Program-made: the position numbers and the translations under genes
The notes under the pieces: generated by a model
Told to the model about the DNA's origin: nothing
Seen by the model: the letters and a program-made list of their open reading frames with translations, nothing else
The model's database searches: none
Shown: piece by piece, positions 36,701 through 49,225 of the stretch
How positions within the stretch are numbered: the stretch's first letter is position 1
How the letters are laid out: each line of letters starts with the position of its first letter
Assembly: GCA_977017575.1 (NCBI GenBank)
Contig: CDRNVI010000140.1
Location: forward strand, 386,021-450,020
DNA: 64,000 bases
Reading direction: 5' to 3'
Origin: Paramoeba atlantica
Lineage: Eukaryota; Protista; Discosea

Positions 36701-38048
36701 AGGAGAGAGAGAGACATGTTTCTGGGAAGGAGGAGAGGAGGTTGAGGGCGAGATTGACGTGTGTGAGAGAGGGGGGGAGGACTGAGAGAGGGAGAGAGAG
36801 ATGGGAAGGGAAGAAGGCGAATTAGATTTGGAAAGAACTGAAACATTTAAATTTTATAAAAAAATTGTCTTTTTTGTTATTTCTAAAAGAAAAATTGAAT
36901 AAAAAATAAATAGAGAATAAATAAAAAAAATAAATAATAAGTAAATAATGAACCAAAATCAGAAGGAATTTCTTCAATTTTGTTTCGAGACATGACCAAT
37001 TTTTTGAGATTTTTCTGAGGAATTCCTCCAAAATTTGGAAGATCTATTTTTAATTTCTCAGAAAAGAGTAGAGAGAAAGAGAAGGGACAAGAAGAGGAAA
37101 GGACCCAAAATCCAAAAGAGAAGAGAAGAGAAGAGAAGAAGAGAAGAGAAGAGAGAAAGAAAAGAGAAGAGAAGAGAAGAGGAGGAAAGAAAGAAAAGAG
37201 AGAGATTGATCTTGTCAAATGATTGTCATTTTTGTCGAATTGGAACTCTCAATCCCATTTGATTGAATCGAAATTCGAAATTGAAGATATTGGAGAAAAA
37301 GAAGAAGACAAGAGAAGAGAGAAAGAAAAGAGAAGAGAAAAGAGATTAATTAACCTTGTAAATGATTATCATTCAAATTCAAACTTGTCAAATTAGACAA
37401 ACTCGACCATTCCAAATCACCATAACTCTCAATCCCATTTGATTGAATCGAATTTTCATTCAAAGAAAAAGGAAAATATTGGAGAAAAGAGACAATCGAG
37501 AAGAGAAGAGAGAGAGAAAGAGAAGAAAGAAAGAGAAAGAGAAAGAGAAGAAAGAAAGAGAAAGAGAAAGAAAAGAGAAAGAGAAAGAGAAGAAACCTTG
37601 CAAATGATTATCATTTAGATTCAAACTTGTCAAATTAGACAAACTCGACCATTCCAAATCACCATAACTCTCAATCCCATTTGATTGAATCGAAATTTGA
37701 GTCAAAGAAAAAGGAAAATCAGAAGAAAGAGAAGAAATTTTGTTGAAATTGAGCTCGAGAGAGAGAAGAGAAGAGAGAGAGGAGAGAGAAGAGAGAGGAG
37801 GGAGAGAGGTGAAGGCGTTGCGAGAGAGGGAGAGAGAGGAGATTTTTTGTTTGGCTTCTTGGATCTGTGATTTTTTTGGTTTTTTTTTTTGTGAATTTTA
37901 GTTTTTTTTTTTCTTTCTTTTCTTTTTCTTTTGTTTCTATTTCTATTTCTTTTTTTCCTTCTTTATTTTTCACAACACTCCTCAAAAGGAATCAAACCTC
38001 AGGAGGAATCTCCGAAAGTCCTTTGGAATTGAAATCCACTGAAGCCAT
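33713..38048 (-). CDS. Leucine-rich-repeat protein, probably ending in a C3HC4 RING finger (putative E3 ligase), multi-exon
   Basis: LRR exons (LTSLNLNDNHL, LKKLVMSRNKI, LTVLSLSGNNI, LRHLNLKDCQL); final exon CKVCLE..CVLIPCGHMGVCSGC..CPFCR; central splicing not fully verified. Confidence 0.6.
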
Positions 38049-38387
38049 CTCAAACAAGAAAGAGAAAAAAGGGAGAAAAGGGAAAACAAAAAAAAGAGAG
38101 AGAGAGAGGAAAGAAGAAGAAGAGGGGAAAAAGAGAACAACAAAAAAAAAAAGAGAATAACAAAAAAGATAACAACAACAAAAAAAGAGCAACAAAAAAA
38201 GAAAGTTCAAGAAATTTTCTGTGAGAGAAACATTATTTGTCCAAATTTGGTAAATGACAATTCCTTTTATAGTAAATTTTTGTTTTAGGTTTTTTTTTTG
38301 ATTTTTCGTTTGATTTTTCCTTTCTCTTCTTTCTCTCCTTTCTTTCGCTTTTCTTCTTTCTTTTTCTTCTTTCTTTTTCTTTTCAAG

Positions 38388-41300
38388 ATGACAGAACTAT
38401 ATGATGGGACGGAGGAGACAATGGAAGATTGGTTGGAGTATCTTCGGCCTGTTGAAGTTCCGACTCTCCCCCAGGTTTTTCCCCCGCTCTTCTCTCTTTT
38501 CTCTTTTTCTCATTTCCCTTCATCTCTTCTCCTCTTCTCTCTCCTCTCTCTCAGGAAGAAGAAGAACCGCAAAGAGAGAGAGTCTTCTCTCCCCCTCCTA
38601 CAAAGACAATCGTCGCCTCTTTCTCTTCTTCTGATTTCATTGTTGATTTCTCTTCTTCTTCTTCTCCTCCTCTCTCTCCCTCTCCAGAGAGCCCCTCTCT
38701 CTCTTCTCCTCTCTCTTCTCCTCTCTCTCAAAACGGAGAGGTTGTTGACCAAATTGTTGGGGAAGAGAGAGAGAGGAGAGAAGAAGAAGAAAGAGAAGAG
38801 GCCCCTCCTTCTTCTCCTCTTGATTTGAGACCTTCTCCAAAAGGAAAGAGAGAGGCCCTCTCTCCCTCTCGCTATTCTGCGAGTATGTTTGAAATTTCTG
38901 AGAAAGAGATGGAAGAGAGAGAGAAGAGAGAAGAGGGAGAGAGAAAGGGGAGAGAAGAGTTTGTTGTTATGACAGCGCCTGTTCCGATCTCTTCTTCTTC
39001 TCTTTCTCCTTCTTCTTCTTCTTCTTCTTCTTCTATTAAAAAGAGATCAATTTCTCTTCCTCCAATTGAAGGGAAAGAGAGAATAGAGACCAATTCTTCT
39101 TCTTCTTCTCGTGTTTCTTCTCCTCTCTCTCAATATGAACAATATTTGAAGCCAATTGAGAATCGTGTTCAGATTCTTCAGGTTTCCTATTCTTTCTTTT
39201 CTCTCTATCTCTTTTTTACTCTTTTTCTTCAATCAAGTCAAAATTTTGAACCTCTCTTCCTCTTCTTCTTCCTCTCCTTCTATCCCTCTTCTATCCCACT
39301 TCTATTTCCCTCTTCTCTATTGTCTCTCTCTTCTCTATCTCTCTTCTCTATCTCTCTTCTCTATCTCTCTTCTCTTTCTCTCTTCTCTTTCTCTCTTCTC
39401 TTTCTCTCTTCTCTTTCTCTCTTCTCTTTCTCTCTAGGAATGGGTACCAAAAACACACGAAGGATATGTAAATGTTGTAGAATTATTACATTCTCATGTT
39501 TCAAGCAAGTTTATGTTTTTACTTGAGAGGGGAAAGAGAGCTTGTAATTATATTAATAATGTTGTTTATCATTTGAGAGCTAGGTTCTTTTCTCTCTTCT
39601 TTCTCTCTCTTCTCTTTCTCTTCTTTCTCTTCTCTCTTCTCTCTTCTCTCTCTTCTCTTTCTCTTCTCTCTCTCTTCTTTTCTGTTCTTGTTGTTGTTTT
39701 TAATTGTTGTTTACCATTTGAGAGCCAGGCTCTTTTCTCTTCCCTCTCTTCCCTCTCTTCTCCCCTTCTCTCTCTCTTCTTTTCTTTTCTTTTCTTTTTT
39801 TCCCTTCTCTTCTCTGCTCTAATTTATTAAAATTCTCTCTCCCTTCTCTCTCTTTCCTTTCTACAGAGCAACTGTTTGTGCTGAAACAGCAGAAAAATTG
39901 GGAAATTTGCCAAAAATAAAAGAAGAGGAGAGTGATCTCCCTTGGCTCACTTCTTCTGATTTTCAAGATACTGTTACTTCTTATCAGGTTCTTTCTCTTT
40001 TCTTTCTCTTTCTCTCTTTTCTCTTTCTTCTCCTCTCAATCTTCTCTTTATTTTGGCTCTCTACTCCTGATTTTCGGGATACTTATCTCGTTTCTCTTTT
40101 CTTCTCTTTTATTTATCTTTCTTTTCTTTCAACAGGCTTGTTTAAGAAGTGAAAGTGTACAATCATTTCAATTTGCACAAACTTTAAATACAAAAGCGGA
40201 CAATTTGGAGGGTGAAGGAAAGAAAATGAAAGGAATTTTTCAGGGTTGTTTGGCAAAGAGAATTGGTTTTGAGGAAAGATATAAAAAGGCATCTCAAAGG
40301 TATTTTTTTTATTTATTTTTTATTTTAATTTATTTTTTTGTTTTATTTTATTTTTTTATTTGAGAGAGAAAGAGATTTGAAAAGAAAATGAAAATTGCTG
40401 GAAAAATTAATAGATATTAAATAGACTCAAAGCTTCTTTTCAAGAGTATGAAAAAGTTGTCAGTGAAACTGCTGCTCAAGTTCTTTTTTTTTTCCTTTCT
40501 TTTTATGTTTTGAGAAAAAGAGAATATTTTTTATTTTATTTTAATACATTTCTCTCTTTTGAATTATAAAAAAATACCTTCAAAATACTTTTATTCATTT
40601 ATTTAAAATATCTTATTTATTGTTTTCTTTTTTTAATATCTTTCTTTTCTATTTTCTTCTCTCCCCCCCCCAAAAAAAAACAAAAAAAAAGGTTCAAACT
40701 GCAAAACAAACAGAAGACACAATCGGCGTTCTTTCTGACCCTTTTGTTGCTCATCTTGATTATGTTGCTTCAAGAGCGAAAATGAATGCAAGGTTTTTTA
40801 TTATTTTTTTTATTATTTTTTTATTTATTTTTTTATTTATTTTTTATTTTTTTATTTATTTGTATTTATTTTTGTTTTTTACTTTTTTTTTGTTTTTTTA
40901 AAATTATATTTATTTCTTTTTTTTTTTTTCTATTTCTTTTTTTGTTCTCTCCCTCTCTCTTTTTCACTCTCTCTCTCTTTTCTCTCTCTCTTCCCCAAAA
41001 GGATAATGGAAATCCCGGAAATCCTCACAATCTGCTACGACTCAATCCGCCAAGTCGAAGAAATGAGAATTTCATGTGTAAAAGACACTTTGGAAAAGAC
41101 AGAGAAAGATCACTCTCAAGTTTGTAGGAGATTGTTGGAGGGGTTGGAGAGAGAGAGAGAGGATATTCTTCCTTTGCAGATTTGGGTTTGTGTTTTTTTA
41201 TTTTTTTTGTTGTTTGTTTTGTTGTATTCTTTTTTTTTTGTGTTTGTTTTCTTTCTTTGTTTTGGAAAGAAACGTGGTTTAAATTTTTCTTTTCTTTATT

Positions 41301-42887
41301 TTTCTTTTCTCTGTTAAAATCTTTTTCTTTTCTCTTTTATTCAGAGGAAATTTTTGATTGAAAAGAAAATCCTGGAGCCATTTCAAGAATTTTGTCCTGA
41401 GGATAAAAATTGGAGAGAGACTCAAGAGTCTGAGGTTTTTTTTCTTCAATGACATTGCCTTTTTTCTCCATCAACTCCTTTTATTGAATCCTTTTTTTCT
41501 CTTCTTTCTCTTTCTCTCTTTCTCTCTTCTCTTCTTTCTCTTTCAATTTCCAGCTAAGGCAAAGAACTATCTCTTCATTTCCAGGACTCCAAAAATTCCC
41601 TGAACTTTGTGAAAGTACAGAAGAAGGATCTTTTATTACATTACCAAACAATACAAATGGAATGAAATTGATTGATGAAAGGTTTGTACATGAAAAAGAG
41701 GAGAAAGAGAAGAGAAGAGAAGAGAAGAGAAGAGAAAGAAAGAAAGAAAGAAAGAGAAAAAAATATCATGAGAAAAATAGAGACTAAAATGGGATTTCTT
41801 TTTAGAATTTCTTTTCCTTTTATTGTTGGGAGGGTGACTGCTTCAAAGTTGTTTGATGGTGAATTAAATCAAGATCAACAATTTCTTTCAAAAAATTCTG
41901 GTTAATTTTTGTTTTTTGAATGAGAGAGAGAGAAAGAAGGTGAGAAAGAAAAGAGAGAGGGGATGGGAAGAACAAAATTATTTGTGTTGTGTTTAATTGA
42001 TCTTTTTTTCTTCTTTCTTTTACAATTTCTTTCACATGAATCGAAATTGATTTTCATTTTCCATTGTAGAAAATCGAAAATCTTTATCTCTTTCAATGGA
42101 AGGGGGGCTTCAGTATCGTTGTGAATATATTATTGCAATTGGTCGTGTTTTTGTTGAAGGGTATAATCAATTTTCGATTTGTTTCTCTCTCTTCTCTCTC
42201 TTCGGAATTCTCTTTCTTGTCTTGGATCTTTTGAATTTGTCATCACATACATACATTCATTCAATTAACAATTGATTTTTCTTTTTCTCTTTTCTGGATT
42301 TAGAGTCTTTTCTTGGGCGGAACGTTTCTTTGTTCTGACAGTCTTTGGTGTCTTACATTTTTACGAAAAAGATCACTCTCTTGATCTGATTGACTTCGAC
42401 GAGAAAATCCACTCTCTTTCATCTTCCTCTCCTCTATCTTCATCTTCTTCTTTGGAACTCCAAAACCCTTCTTCTTCTTCTTCTCCCTCTACTTCTCCCT
42501 CTACTTCTCCCTCTTCTTCTCCAAGATCTCAGAATCCTTCTCTTCTTCTTCCTTCAGATCCTTCTTCAACAAGAGAGAAAAAGATGATTCCTCGAATTGC
42601 ACAAGCCGCTCCTCTTGAAAGTATTCCATTAGGTTTTTATTAAGATTTTTTTTTCCTTTCTCTTTCACTTTCTTTTTATTTCATTTCTTTTTGTTTACTT
42701 TCTTTCAAAATTTAAATTAGGTCAATCATTTGTCAAAGCGACAAATCCGGCTCAAAAAATATTTCATATTATTTACAAAACAAAAAAATTGTTTGAGAGA
42801 AACAAGACTTACAAAATTCAATGCAAGACTGAGGACCAAATGTCGAATCTCCTTGCTGTGCTGAGGAGGTATTTGGCAAAAGCATGA
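38388..42887 (+). CDS. Putative F-BAR-like helical plus split PH-domain protein, multi-exon
   Basis: Helical exons (ERGKRACNYINNVVYHLRAR; YDSIRQVEEMRISCVK); PH-like WAERFFVLTVFGVLHFYE and terminal KIQCKTEDQMSNLLAVL. Confidence 0.5.
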
Positions 42888-43047
42888 GAATAAGAAATAT
42901 GAAAATGAAAAATGTGTTTCATGTTTGGGGTGAGGAATGTGAGAAAGGAAAAGGGGGAATGTGTGGATAAAAAAAATAAAAGAAAAACGATTCAATTTCA
43001 AAAAAAAATTAATTGAAAACTCATCATCCAATTTAAAAAAATAATAT

Positions 43048-45396
43048 TTAATAAGACAATTCACCAAAAGCAATATGTGTTGGTTTCAAACAAACTTGAA
43101 GAGTAAGATGAGGAAGAGGATGAACATAATAATACTCTAACAACGCTTCCAAACTTGGAAATTGGCCATGATATCTTCCATTTGAAACAAGACTAAAAAC
43201 TTCATTCAAATTTTTCAAGAGAAATTTAGAGAACATATCTGCTGGATCGCCACCCTTCTTCATTTTGACAACAAGAGCATATGATATTGTGTCAGATTTG
43301 GAGAAACGAATCAAGAAAGAGCCAGCATCTTTTTGAAGAAGTTCTCTTTGAATGTACCCATCTTCACTCCACCCACAAAACCATCTTTTTTTTTTTTTGG
43401 AAGAAAAAAAAAGTGAGAAGTTTCAAAACAAAAAATTTGGGAATCAATTTGAAAAAGTGAAGGAAGATGAATTAAAATGAATCCAAACTTGTGTGCAAAC
43501 ATCGTCTTTGTTGCAATCATCTTCAATCCCTCAGATGTTAAGTCTCCAAGTTTTTTCAAATTAACAAAAATAGAACTGAAATTATGAATATCTACTCCTT
43601 GCTCAATATTTAAAGCAGTATTACCACCTGGAAGAAAGGAAATCATCAAAATCATCATTCTCTCTCTTTCTCCTATCCATCTTTTGCTTTTTTGAAAAAA
43701 AGAAAAGGTATTATACCAATACAGTGTCTCAAAAAATCAATATCCATCTTCTCATTAATCTTAAAATATTCCTTGACAGCTTTCAAGAAATCATGCCAGG
43801 CAACCTTTTGTAAAACTCGCCACCCAGCACTCTCCCAAAGAGCTCTCCCTTCTTCTGTTGTCACAAATGTGTGAATCCTCTCTCTCTTTCTCTCAAGATG
43901 AGAAGTTTCTTTCTTTGGTTGGTTAGAATCAGTTTGTTGTGGGGGTGGAGGAGGAGTTGAAGAAGGTGGAGTATTGGAAGGAGGAGGGGGAGAAGGAGAA
44001 GGGGATGGGTTTGTTGTTGTTGAAGGATAAGGGCTATATCTGTTTCGCCAGCTTGTTGTTGAAATGACTTCAATTTCTGGTGTTAATATTTTTCTACAAC
44101 CATAAACTTTTTAGTTCAACAAAAATTAAAAATAAGAGGGTTGAAAGAGAAGAAAGAGAAGAACATAATCGAGGCTTCATCAAAAGGCTCAATACATGGA
44201 TGAGCTTCAAAGGCCAGTACCAGATTTGGTTGACGATAAGTTGTATCTATAAAAGTTAAGTTTGTTAGGCAAAAAAAAAGAAAGCTTTCTTTTTTTATTT
44301 TGCAGCATTAGAAAGCTTTGATAGAGAAGATTCAAAAATATTCAAACCAACAAATTTAATTTCCAAACACATTTGGACTCCAGGAGGGAGAGCTCCACAA
44401 TCAACTAATTCAGTCTTTTGGTCTATCAAAAATTGTTCAATCAGAGAATCTCAAAAAATTGAATAGTTTTTCCTCTTTCAATCTTTTCTCAATTTTCAAT
44501 TCAAAAAAAAAAGTCAAACCAAGCTGTAATTTTCCGATTGAAACCCGAGATTTTCCTTGAATCAATCGACAAAAGAGCTTATAAGTGGGTAAAGAAGGCA
44601 TCAGTGAAACTAAAGTGATTGGAATCAACAACATTTTATCAGCTGTAGCGACAATTTTCGGTTGAGGGACTTCTTCTTGCTTCACCCATTTTTGAGAGGA
44701 ATTCTAAAGAAGAAAGGGGGGGGGATTAAAAGAGAATAATAAAAGGAGAAGACTTTTTCAAAGAGAGATATTACCGAACGGCAATGAAAGTGGCCAACAT
44801 TCAAAGTTGCAGCAGCAGTTCTTTTTCCAGAAGATTCTGTTGCTTGTTGTGGTTGTGGTTGTCGTTGTTGCGGTGCCTGAACGGGAGCTGGGATCTGAGA
44901 TGTTGGTTGTTCTGGATGATCAAAATATTGTGTTGGTGTTTGTCGGTATTGAGGTTGATTTCCTCCAGTTGAGATTTGATTTTGAAGAGGGAGTTGAGGG
45001 AATGGAAAGGGGGATTGTTGGTCAGGAAACTGCTCGGGAGTGGAGAGCAAAATATCCCTGAAAAAATAGAACTTTTTTTTGAGCGAGAGAAACGCATTTT
45101 TTTCCCACAAAAAAAAAGAAAGAAAAAACTAACTTGGGAAAATAGGTTGGAGGAAGAGAAGCAGATTCACTTAAAGGGAACTCACTTACAGGTAAAATAT
45201 CAGATTCTTGGGAAAGAGTTAACTGCCCAAAGAGACCAGAATTTTCCTTGAAATGTTCAAATCCTCGGCCACCCGGTGATGCGACCGAAAAGTCAGGAAA
45301 TATCTGAGAGAAACGAAGTTGTGGATCTCCTTCGTTTCCCCCATTCTCAAGGGTATTGTCTCGTTTGGCTCTCTTTTGGGGTGGTGGGCCTTCCAT
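43048..45396 (-). CDS. SH2-domain protein with STAT-like layout (NLS, Q/P-rich region, helical linker, C-terminal SH2)
   Basis: PPPQKRAKR NLS; SH2 GWFCGW...KDAGSFLIRFSKSD...FPSLEALLEYY; spliced. Confidence 0.65.
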
Positions 45397-45709
45397 CTTT
45401 TCAAAAAAAAAAAAAGAAAAACAAAGAAAAAACACAGAATTCTCAAGAAAAAAGGTGAAAACAAAAACTGAAAAAAAATATTTAGCGATCAAAAAAAGAG
45501 TTAGATATCTAAAATATTAGCCATTACCTTTTATTTTGGTTCTCTATTTTTAAAAATTAGCCGTTAGTTTTTCTTTTTCTGACTTCGTCATTTCTGCACG
45601 CAGTTTCTCTTGTTTCACTCGAAACTCACGACCTTTCGTTCTTCTCTCTTTCTTGGAAACAACTTAATTTCTCGTTTGTTTTTTTGGGTTGATTTTCAAA
45701 TTTTTGTTC

Positions 45710-46966
45710 ATGTTGAGAAACCTTTTTTGCTCCGCCGTTTCGTTTCGTCGATGGGCGAGTTCTTGTCGTCCAATTCTCCTCCAAAGTGCCCTGGATCAGG
45801 GTGATTCGGTGAAAATCGAATTTGTTGGTGATGATGGTGAACCGCCATCACCGACATCTTCTTTTCCTTATCTCTGGCTTTTTGATCATCACCCAGCTTC
45901 GCTTCACCCAACTTCAAAACAACGAACCTTGATGCCACCCGGTTCGACAAACTCTCCTTTTTCTCTTGAAACACGACCCACAAAAGTGTATGTCGAAAAA
46001 GATAAGTTGCATCTGGAGTGGGTTGATGTTGCTGGAAACCCCCAGAAAAATGTGTATGATGGAGATTGGCTCTACAAACGAAGATTCAGTTCGAATACTC
46101 GTTCTTCGATTGATGATGTTTTTGAAAGTGAGGAGACTTGGGAAACAAAAGATTTCGAGAATGAGAAGATCCCATCCATATCTTCTTCCGAATTTTGTGG
46201 ATCTGAGATGGGACGAAAGAAAGGACTCTTGCAATTGGCAAAATTTGGTGTCTTTCGAATTCAAGGGTTTCATTTTGATGAAGAAAACCCAATGCCAGCT
46301 GTGGAAGATCTTTGCACACGAGTTGGATTACCAAGAGAAACTTTTTATGGTCGAATGTGGGACACGAAACCCAAAGCAAAGGAAAAAGTCAATGACACAG
46401 CATTCACAAAAATGGAGCTTCCTGTTCATACTGACACCTGTTATTTGGAAAATTCACCTGGTGTTCAAATTTTTGCTTGTGTGGAACAATCTTTACAAGA
46501 GAATCCAGATTTTCCTTACGATGGTAGCACGCGTTTAGTGGATGGATTTCGAATTATCGATTATTTACGTGATCATCATTTGGAGACTTATCAATTCTTT
46601 AAAGAAACACCATTAATTTGGTATGCAAAGGAAGAAGGTGTCTATGCTCGAGCAAAAGGTTCTGTGATTGAAGAAACACCTTATCGGAGGTTTCGGTACA
46701 ACCCCTTGGATTTGGATGAACTGACTTATTTGAATTCATCAAAAATATATGATTATTACCACCACAATGCTGTTCTGAATCGTGTATTGCATGAAGAGAG
46801 ATTTATGCTCCGAATAAAACTCCAGGTGGGCGATGCGATTGTTGTGAATAACCACCGTGTGTTGCATGGTCGAGAAGCATTTGTTGGATCGAGAAACATG
46901 ATGGGATGCTATGTTGGTGTGGATGAGTGGAAAAACTCATTAAGGGTCTTGCTAGATGAAGACTGA
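45710..46966 (+). CDS. TMLHE: Trimethyllysine dioxygenase-like Fe(II)/2OG dioxygenase (TauD/BBOX family), mitochondrial presequence, intronless
   Basis: WLFDH in the N-domain, HTDTCYLENSPGVQIF, LVDGF, FRYNPLD, NNHRVLHGREAF.G.RNMMGCY. Confidence 0.8.
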   Translation: MLRNLFCSAVSFRRWASSCRPILLQSALDQGDSVKIEFVGDDGEPPSPTSSFPYLWLFDHHPASLHPTSKQRTLMPPGSTNSPFSLETRPTKVYVEKDKLHLEWVDVAGNPQKNVYDGDWLYKRRFSSNTRSSIDDVFESEETWETKDFENEKIPSISSSEFCGSEMGRKKGLLQLAKFGVFRIQGFHFDEENPMPAVEDLCTRVGLPRETFYGRMWDTKPKAKEKVNDTAFTKMELPVHTDTCYLENSPGVQIFACVEQSLQENPDFPYDGSTRLVDGFRIIDYLRDHHLETYQFFKETPLIWYAKEEGVYARAKGSVIEETPYRRFRYNPLDLDELTYLNSSKIYDYYHHNAVLNRVLHEERFMLRIKLQVGDAIVVNNHRVLHGREAFVGSRNMMGCYVGVDEWKNSLRVLLDED

Positions 46967-47279
46967 AAGACTCTTGAGGATATTGTATAAAAAAAAAATC
47001 AAAAACTGAACTTTGGTGAAATCTGATTGTTGTATGAATAAATTTGTAAAATTATTTTTTTGCTGGTTATCACAATATTGTCATTCACGGATAAAATGAG
47101 CCAAAAATCAGGAGGTTGGTGTTTTTCTCTTTCTTTTTTTCACCTTTTTTTCTCTTGAAGAGGACATCAATCTCTCCCCCTTTCTTCTCCTCTCTTCTTT
47201 CTCCTCTCTCACAAACAAAAGAAAAAAAGGAGATTGAAATATTGAATTTTTCTCTCAACAAACTCAAAGTGTTCAGTTT

Positions 47280-48592
47280 TCATTTGTTTTTTGAACTCAC
47301 TGGTTTGAAAATTTTGCCCTACACAAACCCTAAAAATGAAAATGCAAAAACAAAAAATGACCAAATTAAAAAAAAATTGAAAAAATAAAAAAGAGAAAAA
47401 GAAAAAAGAAATCAAAACCCTTTCTTGAAATGTGGTGATCAGTTGAAAGATTCTTTCGTGTTTTGCAATATCTAAGACTGTTTTCCCACCCTAACAAAAA
47501 AAAGAAAGTTTCAAAAAAAGAACCACCCCACAAATCCCTTTCCCCAAAAAATAAAATAACAATCAACAATTTTGTTATTTTGCTCAAAAAAAAGGAAAAT
47601 CAAAACATTGGTTTGAAGATGAACATTGGCTCCATGTTCAAGAAGAATCATCACAGTTTCTTCAAAACCGTTCTCAGCAGCACAGTGAAGAGCAGTCATT
47701 CCAGACTAACACAAAAAGGAGTCAAAAAAGAGAACAAATAACATAAATCACATACATGAACAACCATTAACAAACAACAATAAAATATGAGAAAACAAAT
47801 AAAAAAAGAAAATCAAAACACTGGTTTGAAGGTGAATATTGGATCCATGTTTAAGAAGAATCTTCACAAGTTCTTCAAAACCATTTTGTGAAGAGCAGTA
47901 TCTCCATCCTTACCAAAAAGAAATTATTAAAAGAACAATAAACAAAAACAAAAACAAATATCACACACAACACACCAGAACCAACATGAACAACCAAAGA
48001 ATGAACCACAAACAAATAAAAATGAGAAAACAAAGAAAAAGAAAATAGAAAATCAAAACTTGGGTTTGAAGATCAACATTACATCGATGGTCAATCAGAT
48101 TCTTTATAATTTCTTTAGAACATTTGTAAGCAGCAAAGTGTGGAGCCAAACTAAACAAAAAGCTCAAAATTAACCAAGAATTAACCACAAATAAAAAAAA
48201 GAAAACAAACAAACAACAAAGAAAATGAGAAAGGCAAAAACAAAATCAAAACTTCATTTTGTTGATCAACATTGGATCCATGTTCAATAAGCATCTTCAC
48301 AATTTCTTTAAATCCTTTGTAAGCAGCGATGTGAAGAGCAACCATTCCATGCTGAACAATTTTTAAAAAAACAAAGAAAGAGAGAGCTCCTTGACAAAAG
48401 AAGTTTTAAAAAGAAAAAACAAAGAGAGAGAGAGAGGAAAAAGAAAACCATGTTTTTGAATTGGCAGTTGAGATCAATTTTGAATTGTTTGCTTTCTTTT
48501 CTAAGAAGAAGAACTTTGACAAGTAATTCATCGCCGACCACAATAGCATCAAAGAGTGTTTTTGTTTCTTCATTTGGAGTTTTTTCTGCCAT
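47280..48592 (-). CDS. Ankyrin-repeat gene, one repeat per exon; exons 3 and 4 frameshifted (partly degenerate or a pseudogene)
   Basis: Exons HGMVALHIAAYKGFKEIVKMLIEHGSNVD and SGMTALHCAAENGFEETVMILLEHGANV are intact 99-nt units; two intervening exons carry 8- and 10-nt deletions. Confidence 0.65.
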
Positions 48593-48949
48593 CTTCTTTG
48601 CTGTGTGTTTTTCTGTGGTGAGAGAGAAGAAAAAGAAGAGAGGAGAGAAGAGAGAAGAAGGTTGATCTTTTTTGAAAGACCAAACTTGTTCAAGAGAGAG
48701 AGAGAAGGGGGAGAGAAAAAAGGAGATCCTTCCGAAAGGAAAAGAGAGAGAGAGAGAAAAAGTACCTTCCGAAAGGGAAAAACAAGGAGCGAGACAAAAA
48801 ACGAAAACGAAAAAAGAAGCGTTTTCGAAACAGAAAAAAAACCTGTTTTTCGTTTTTTCTCTCTTTCTCTCTCCTTTCAAGGGAATTTATCCTCAACTTT
48901 TTAGCAGACAGGACTGAGATGTAACTTGTTCTGATTTTCACACTTCTTC

Positions 48950-49225
48950 AAAAGCTCTTCACTCCAATCAAATCACTCTACAGCACCAGAAAAATTTTCC
49001 ATAATATTGAAAAACTGGGATTTGAACTTGCCTCCCTGGGGTTGGACATAGTCAAATTTATGACTAAACTACGGGTGCCAACCCCAACTGACTCCGCTTC
49101 CTTGAAGATTAATTTACACACCACACAACCTCGACAGACTGTAATTACCATCCTTCTCATTGATGGCCAGTAGTAGCTTGCACGAAATAGTTTCTGAACT
49201 GTTCCTGAAACACCAGCATGACTTT
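48950..49225 (-). mobile_element. Old Ty3/Gypsy element, integrase zinc-binding remnant (left piece)
   Basis: SHAGVSGTVQKLFRASYYWPSMRRMVITVCRGCVVC. Confidence 0.8.

Noticed and set aside
28900-42700. Many F/L/S-rich or R/E/K-rich short ORFs
   Set aside because: They coincide with pyrimidine-rich introns or their complements
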